A stretch of 64,000 bases of DNA. Origin: Clostridiales bacterium (GTDB taxonomy: Bacteria; Bacillota; Clostridia; Saccharofermentanales; Saccharofermentanaceae). Position 1 is the stretch's first letter; each line of letters opens with the position of its first letter. Below the pieces are notes generated by a model, which was given only the letters and a program-made list of their open reading frames with translations, did no database searches and was not told the origin of the DNA. The stretch is taken from positions 20,675 through 84,674 of the forward strand of contig JAGAAI010000074.1 of the NCBI GenBank assembly GCA_017615325.1, in the 5' to 3' direction. Shown here in pieces: positions 58,689 to 64,000 of the stretch. The position numbers and the translations under genes are program-made.

Positions 58689-59432
58689 ATGTCATCACCA
58701 TCATATGAACCTCACTTTTCAGCAGAACATCTGGCACGAAAGATCTTTTACCTCCAGAACAAATTGGATTCCCTTCCCAGAGGCTATGTTGTTACACGGC
58801 ACAATAACAAATACATTCGCATAAAACTATCTTCCGGCACTATAGAACGAAGCATAGCCACCCCGGAGGGCAAGGATTTACTCGCGCAGGCAAATAAATA
58901 CAAACAGACTCTGACCGAACTTCAAAATACACAGAAAGAGTGGTTAACGCACTACCCTGGACTTGATCTTCAGGAGCCCAAACCCATCAACAGAAGCCTT
59001 CCGATCCCCGAATGCATGACACTGGCCTATTATGAGAATCCGCCGGACATAAAGAATGATTGCAAGATCCTGACTCCTTATCCTTTTGACGATCTCATAT
59101 TAAAATCCAGGTTCGAGTATATTGCCGCAGAGACATTTAAAGAGATGGGAATTCCTTTCAAGTACGAGATCCCGATAATAACTCCGGGAGGAGTATTGTT
59201 TCCTGATATGATCGTACCTGTACCCGAGAGGGGCCGCTGCGTTGGGTTCGAGTTTTGCGGCAAATCCGGAGAGCATAAATACATGACCAACAACAGCAAT
59301 AAGATGATCTACTACAACGATACAGGACTTGTTTTAAACCATGACATCATCTTTGTGTATGGTGGCGAGAACTGGCTCCCTCCTATTAGTGAGATCAAGA
59401 ATGCGATTATTTTCGGGATCGAAAACTGTTGA
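58689..59432 (+). CDS. hypothetical protein with PD-(D/E)xK nuclease-like motif order (TnsA/Vsr-like C-terminal half)
   Basis: 247-aa ORF with ATG 7 nt after AAGGAGG. The ordered motifs are KSRFE, VLFPDMIV and VGFEFCGK. No homology search was possible. Confidence 0.7.
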   Translation: MSSPSYEPHFSAEHLARKIFYLQNKLDSLPRGYVVTRHNNKYIRIKLSSGTIERSIATPEGKDLLAQANKYKQTLTELQNTQKEWLTHYPGLDLQEPKPINRSLPIPECMTLAYYENPPDIKNDCKILTPYPFDDLILKSRFEYIAAETFKEMGIPFKYEIPIITPGGVLFPDMIVPVPERGRCVGFEFCGKSGEHKYMTNNSNKMIYYNDTGLVLNHDIIFVYGGENWLPPISEIKNAIIFGIENC

Positions 59433-59453
59433 CCCATGCTACAACTAATATTT

Positions 59454-59658
59454 GGCAGAGTCATCCAACACTTCCAACAAATCAGTGTTTCAGTGACTAA
59501 TCTGGGTGACTCGAGGCACTTTTAGGGGGCAGAGTCACCCAACACTTCCAACAAATCAGTGTTTCAGTGACTAATCTGGGTGACTCAAGGCACTTTTAGG
59601 GGGCAGAGTCACCCAACCCTTCCAACAAATCAGTGTTCCAGTGACTAATCCGGGTGAC
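59454..59658 (+). repeat. tandem repeat, 74-bp unit x 2.8, each unit internally self-complementary
   Basis: Units 59454-59527 and 59528-59601 match at 72 of 74 positions. A third, decayed copy starts at 59602. The outer stem is GAGTCACCC/GGGTGACTC and the inner stem is AACACT/AGTGTT. Confidence 0.9.
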
Positions 59659-59680
59659 ACCTGCCAGGCTGAAAGCAGAC

Positions 59681-59735
59681 AAAAATTAAGAACCCGATGT
59701 ATCGAGGGGTGGGGGGGGTGATGCATCGGGTTCTT
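59681..59735 (-). terminator. rho-independent terminator after araD
   Basis: A 12-bp stem AAGAACCCGATG/CATCGGGTTCTT has a G-rich loop. It is followed on the minus strand by AATTTTTG. Confidence 0.75.
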
Positions 59736-59778
59736 ACTTAATATAGAGGCAAACTGTTACGAACAATGTTTGTGGGGG

Positions 59779-60477
59779 TTATTTGCTGTCCCCCTGACCA
59801 TAATAGGCGTTGGCGCCGTGCTTTCTCAGATAGTGCTTGTCGAGCAATACCTGTTGCATCCTTCCTGCTTCAGGATTCAGCATCAGCGCATGCAGATCCA
59901 TGAAAGCCACTTCTTCCATAACCACAGCGTTATGGACGGCGTTCGCGGGATCCGTCCCCCAGGCGAAAGGCCCGTGAGAGAACACGTTGACACCGGGGAT
60001 GGCGTCAGGATCTTTATCCTTGAAGGTCTCTACTATCACGTTACCTGTCTCCTTCTCATACTCACCCTTTATCTCCTCGTCTGTCATGGGACGGGTGCAG
60101 GGGATGTCACCGTAGAAGTAGTCACCGTGTGTGGTGCCCATTGCAGTGATGGCACGGCCTGCCTGGGCAAAGCTTACGGCCCAGCGGGAATGAGTATGCA
60201 CGACGCCTCCGATATTGGGGAAAGCCTTGTAGAGGACAACGTGCGTGGGGGTGTCGGAAGAAGGCTTCCACTTTCCTTCCACTACATTGCCGTCCAGGTC
60301 GACTACGACCATATCGTCGGCTGTCATGGTGTCATATTCTACACCAGAGGGCTTGATAACGACAAGACCCTTTTCGCGGTCGATGCCGCTGACGTTGCCC
60401 CAGGTGAAGGTTACTAGACCGAACTTCGGGAGCAGGAGATTGGCATCTAATACTGTCTTTTTGAGATCTTCTAACAT
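59779..60477 (-). CDS. araD: L-ribulose-5-phosphate 4-epimerase
   Basis: 232 aa of the class II aldolase/adducin fold. [22 protein letters not shown] and VVHTHSRWA are AraD-like. Confidence 0.85.
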   Translation of the reverse strand: MLEDLKKTVLDANLLLPKFGLVTFTWGNVSGIDREKGLVVIKPSGVEYDTMTADDMVVVDLDGNVVEGKWKPSSDTPTHVVLYKAFPNIGGVVHTHSRWAVSFAQAGRAITAMGTTHGDYFYGDIPCTRPMTDEEIKGEYEKETGNVIVETFKDKDPDAIPGVNVFSHGPFAWGTDPANAVHNAVVMEEVAFMDLHALMLNPEAGRMQQVLLDKHYLRKHGANAYYGQGDSK

Positions 60478-62030
60478 CAGAGCACCTCCGTAGCCAGTTT
60501 TTCGATGGGAAGGGCTGCCTTGTACTTGGCAAGGAACTTCTCGAAGCCTTCGATATCGGCATCGGATGCCATGACGGAAGAGCTCTTTGCATTTGCGAAA
60601 ACCCTGTTATCAAGGAAGTCTTCCAATGACTCGCCGTCTTCTTTCCTTAACATATAGGATACCAGAAGAGCCATACCGTAAGGTCCTCCCTCTCCTGCCG
60701 TCTCCATAACGGATACGGGGGCAGAGACTGCCGCACTTAACATGATCTGGCCGACTTCGGGTGTCTTGAAGAATCCGCCGTGACCGTAGAGCTTGTCGAT
60801 CCTGACGTTCTCACTTCCCTGGAGGATATCCATTCCGATCTTGAGAGTTGCCAGAGCCGACAGGAGATGTGTTCTCATGAAGTTGGCAAGACTAAATGTA
60901 CTGTCGGGGTTTCTCATGAAGACGGGACGGCCCTCATCGAGTTCCGTAACGCCCTCTCCCGAGAAATAGTTAAATGACATGAGTCCTCCGCAGTCAGGCT
61001 CACCGTCAAGAGCCTGCTGGAAGAGCTTGGTATATATCTGCTTCTTCTCGACTTCATAGCCGAATAATGACGTGAATTCCTTGAAGAGGTTCACCCAGGC
61101 ATTGATGTCTGATGTGCAGTTATTGCAGTGGACCATGGCAACGGGAGCTCCTGCGGGAGTCGTTACCATGTCGATCTGCTTATGGACTCCGAGATCGTGA
61201 TCTACTACGATCATGGCAAAGTCAGATGTGCCGGCACTTACATTACCGGTATAGACACGGACTGAATTCGTTGCGACCATACCCGTGCCCGCATCACCTT
61301 CACAGGGAGCTATAGGGATCCCGGCCTTGAGTTCACCCGTGGGATCCAAGAACTTCGCGCCTTCTTCGGTAAGTGTTCCTGCATCGTCACCTGCAACCAG
61401 GACCTTAGGCAGGATAGTACGGAGATCGACACCCGTAAGGTCAGTGAACTTTGCAAGCATCGTCTCATTGTAATCACACTTAGAGCTGTCTATGGGGAAC
61501 ATTCCGGATGCTTCGCCGACGCCCATTAGCTTAAGGCCGGTCAGGCGCCAGTGGATGTAGCCTGCAAGCGTCGTAAGGTAATCTATATCCTTAACGTGAG
61601 TCTCGTTATTGAGCATTGCCTGATAGTAGTGGGCGATGCTCCAGCGCTGGGGGATATTGAATCCCAGGACCTCGGTAAGCTTATCTGCGGCTTCGCCCGT
61701 GATGGTGTTACGCCATGTGCGGAATTCAGCAAGCTGATTGCCGGCCTTATCGAAAGGCAGATAACCGTGCATCATGGCCGATATGCCGATGCCGCCGACT
61801 TCGTCTAAAGTTACGCCGAACTTCTCCTTAACGTCAGCTTTCAGATTTGCAAAGCAAGTCTGAAGACCTGTTGTGATGAGGTCGGACGAATAAGTCCAGA
61901 TGCCGTTCTCCAGGCGGTTCTCCCATTCGAAGTCGCCCTGTGCTATGGGCAGAAACTTCTCATCTATAAGAACCGCTTTGATACGGGTCGAACCGAGTTC
62001 TATTCCAAGTGCTGTTTTCTTAAGATCCAC
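60477..62030 (-). CDS. FGGY-family carbohydrate kinase (ribulokinase/xylulokinase-like)
   Basis: 517 aa with an N-terminal [12 protein letters not shown] phosphate-1 motif. It abuts araD (1-nt overlap), suggesting a pentulose kinase. Confidence 0.8.
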   Translation of the reverse strand: MDLKKTALGIELGSTRIKAVLIDEKFLPIAQGDFEWENRLENGIWTYSSDLITTGLQTCFANLKADVKEKFGVTLDEVGGIGISAMMHGYLPFDKAGNQLAEFRTWRNTITGEAADKLTEVLGFNIPQRWSIAHYYQAMLNNETHVKDIDYLTTLAGYIHWRLTGLKLMGVGEASGMFPIDSSKCDYNETMLAKFTDLTGVDLRTILPKVLVAGDDAGTLTEEGAKFLDPTGELKAGIPIAPCEGDAGTGMVATNSVRVYTGNVSAGTSDFAMIVVDHDLGVHKQIDMVTTPAGAPVAMVHCNNCTSDINAWVNLFKEFTSLFGYEVEKKQIYTKLFQQALDGEPDCGGLMSFNYFSGEGVTELDEGRPVFMRNPDSTFSLANFMRTHLLSALATLKIGMDILQGSENVRIDKLYGHGGFFKTPEVGQIMLSAAVSAPVSVMETAGEGGPYGMALLVSYMLRKEDGESLEDFLDNRVFANAKSSSVMASDADIEGFEKFLAKYKAALPIEKLATEVL

Positions 62031-62064
62031 GTTACTCCTCCTTAACTTGCGAGATGATATAAGA

Positions 62065-63123
62065 TCATTTCTTATTTTTGTTCTTACGTGCTAGTATAAC
62101 ACTCTGAACGAGAAGGAAGATACATAACATTGCGGCAACTGTGATATTTGTCCACCATGCTTCGTCAAGACCTAAGGATGCAACGATGTTCTTGATGGTG
62201 CTTAACGACAGTACTCCGAAGAATGTTCCTGCGATGTTTCCTACACCGCCGGTCAGCATCGTGCCGCCGATGATGGATGAAGCGATAGCGTTCATCTCGG
62301 CGCCTGCAGCGTGTGACGGAGAACCTGAACCTACGTGCATGAAGTATACATATCCGCCGATACCTGCGCAGAGACCGCAGATCAGGTGAGCCATGAACTT
62401 GGTGAACTTGACGTTGATACCGAGCATGTTGGCGCTCTGGCTGTTGCCGCCGACTGCATAGAAGTTACGGCCGAGCTTTGTCCATCTCAGGGAAACAAAG
62501 AGGGCTATTACGACGAAGATCGCAACAAGAACTCCAACCTCGACATATGCAGGGATATAATCACCTAATTTGTTATAGGAACCCATGAGAGGCACCGGGA
62601 CCTCGGTCGACTTCAATGCCTTGAACTGTTCGTTTTCGACGTTGAACTGGGAAGCGTTGATTATCGTGGTCATGCCTTTCGCGAAAAAGAGTCCTGCCAG
62701 AGTAACTATAAAGGGCTGGATCTCAAGATATGCTACGAGGAAGCCCTGAACGAGACCGAACGCCAGGCCTATGCCCAGAGCGATCAGCATTGACGTGAAT
62801 ACGTTGCCGCCCTGGAAGTCCAGATGTACGGCGCAGGCCATGCAGACCAGGGCCGTTACCTGACCTACGGAGATGTCGATACCGCCGGAGATCATGACTA
62901 CGCTCATGCCGCAGGACAGAACGATCAGGGATGCGTTTTCGTTGAGGATATTAAAGAATGCCTGAGGCTTCGTGAATCCTCTTCCGAGGAATATGATCGC
63001 GCATACATACATTACGATGAATACGCCGATCGTTATGAACAAGAGGAGATTGGTATCTGTAAGAGCTACTTTGTTCTTAAGCGTTTTCTTACCTGTGCTT
63101 ACGTTAACAGACATATTAGACAC
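62065..63123 (-). CDS. sugar ABC transporter permease (ribose/galactofuranose type)
   Basis: 352 aa with about ten transmembrane helices, of the RbsC/YjfF-like family. It overlaps the upstream permease gene by 8 nt. Confidence 0.8.
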   Translation of the reverse strand: MSNMSVNVSTGKKTLKNKVALTDTNLLLFITIGVFIVMYVCAIIFLGRGFTKPQAFFNILNENASLIVLSCGMSVVMISGGIDISVGQVTALVCMACAVHLDFQGGNVFTSMLIALGIGLAFGLVQGFLVAYLEIQPFIVTLAGLFFAKGMTTIINASQFNVENEQFKALKSTEVPVPLMGSYNKLGDYIPAYVEVGVLVAIFVVIALFVSLRWTKLGRNFYAVGGNSQSANMLGINVKFTKFMAHLICGLCAGIGGYVYFMHVGSGSPSHAAGAEMNAIASSIIGGTMLTGGVGNIAGTFFGVLSLSTIKNIVASLGLDEAWWTNITVAAMLCIFLLVQSVILARKNKNKK

Positions 63124-64000
63124 CCTCCTTTCCTACCTGCGCTTTGGGAGCGGTGATCTTGTTCTTGAGTTCTATGAGCTTCTTACGTACGAAAGGAGCT
63201 GAGAGAACAACAAGGATGATTACTACTACAGCCTTGTATGCCGAGATGGCAGCGGAGTTGACCTTGAACTTAAAGAGTGTCGTTGTAAGGAACTGGATAA
63301 CGTATGCACCGAGGATAGATGCCGTCATGTTGAACTTACCGCCCGACAGAGCGTTACCGCCAAGGGCAACTGCGAGGATGACGTCCATCTCGATGTCCTT
63401 TGCAACAACCGAGTAGTTGATTGTAGAAAGACGTGATACCTTGATAAAACCTGCAACTGCAACACAGACACCAAGGATGATGAATGTGATGAGCTTAATG
63501 GTCTGAGGGTTGATACCGTTAAGTCTTGAAGATGAAGGGTTGATACCGACAGACTGTGAATAGAGTCTTAAGTTGGTGAACTTCAGGACAAGAGCTATTA
63601 CGATCATGCAGGCTGCAGCGATGAATACCGGAGTCGGTACGGGGCAGCCGGGAATGAAGTTGCCGTAGTAACCGAATGAAGGATCGCTTATAACAGGAAG
63701 CTCATTGTTGTTGATCCATGCAGCGATCGAACGGCCTGCCGTAAAGAGGATCAGGGTTGCTACCATCGGCTGTATCTTGAAGTATGCTACGAGCACGCCG
63801 TTGAAGGCACCGAAAAGAGCCGATACGACGATGCAGATGAGGAAAGCTACGATGATGGGAGCCTTCATTGCTTCAGGTCTGGAATCCGTTCCGCAGAGGA
63901 CTCTTAATACGACTGAACCTGCGATCGCGATCGTGGAACCTACGGAGATATCCTGTCCGCCGGATGCTGATGTAACCAGGGTCATTCCGATGGCAAGGAT
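63116..64000 (-). CDS. sugar ABC transporter permease, partial (5' end beyond the right edge)
   Basis: The reading frame is open to the window edge. RbsC/YtfT-like transmembrane pattern. It is paired with the 62065-63123 permease. Confidence 0.75.
   Translation of the reverse strand: MLAIGMTLVTSASGGQDISVGSTIAIAGSVVLRVLCGTDSRPEAMKAPIIVAFLICIVVSALFGAFNGVLVAYFKIQPMVATLILFTAGRSIAAWINNNELPVISDPSFGYYGNFIPGCPVPTPVFIAAACMIVIALVLKFTNLRLYSQSVGINPSSSRLNGINPQTIKLITFIILGVCVAVAGFIKVSRLSTINYSVVAKDIEMDVILAVALGGNALSGGKFNMTASILGAYVIQFLTTTLFKFKVNSAAISAYKAVVVIILVVLSAPFVRKKLIELKNKITAPKAQVGKEGV

Noticed and set aside
59454-59658. CRISPR array
   Set aside because: The 74-bp units abut each other with no unique spacers. 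The unit length is outside the CRISPR repeat range, and no cas genes are nearby.
59454-59658. Canonical type III toxin-antitoxin (ToxIN-like)
   Set aside because: In known type III loci the repeat array precedes the toxin gene and is separated from it by a terminator. Here the array follows the ORF. The ORF also looks like a PD-(D/E)xK fold rather than a ToxN/AbiQ-type RNase. The analogy is kept only as a hypothesis.
59701-59720. G-run (GGGGTGGGGGGGGTG) as a G-quadruplex element
   Set aside because: It is the loop of the araD terminator hairpin. It has only two G-tracts, which is not enough for an intramolecular quadruplex.
58403-59778. Integrase-borne genomic island or prophage remnant at ssrA
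   Set aside because: There is no integrase or recombinase gene and no duplicated copy of the tmRNA 3' end to mark an att site. The segment is only ~1.3 kb. Foreign origin remains possible but is not demonstrable from this window.

Overview
The window looks like chromosomal DNA from a Clostridia-class Firmicute. This is judged from gene content and AGGAGG-type ribosome binding sites, and no taxon can be proven from the sequence alone. About 60 genes are dense and mostly on the minus strand. From left to right: the tig 5' end, a nicotinamidase-like hydrolase, tRNA-Arg(ACG), and three tandem paralogous SLH-anchored surface proteins. Next is an AraC-controlled oxidoreductase operon, then the housekeeping block cysS-mrnC-rlmB, comFC-recD2 and metK. 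A compact plus-strand Tad/Flp pilus operon ends in an FHA protein. After rfbA comes a long minus-strand envelope block: DUF4349-like lipoprotein, GT2-GtrA, a MacB-type ABC exporter flanked by two HlyD-like adaptors, a zinc-ribbon protein and an amidase. Then ktrAB, an ABC-F (Lsa-like) gene with a 3-codon leader ORF, a DUF4358/MBOAT/DHHW acylation cluster, a LytTR regulatory system and an OmpR-type two-component system. A double-glycine-leader SH3-like peptide follows, then assorted lipoproteins and transporters, the tmRNA gene, and a pentose cluster (araD, FGGY kinase, two ABC permeases). No rRNA, CRISPR array, integrase or transposase was seen. The most unusual segment is the 1.3 kb between ssrA and araD. 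It holds an 18-bp perfect inverted repeat abutting ssrA and a promoter cassette of in-phase 10-bp repeats that recurs before the Tad operon. It also holds an orphan 247-aa ORF with a PD-(D/E)xK-like motif order and 2.8 tandem copies of a 74-bp self-complementary unit. All functional calls rest on motifs read by eye. No database search was run.
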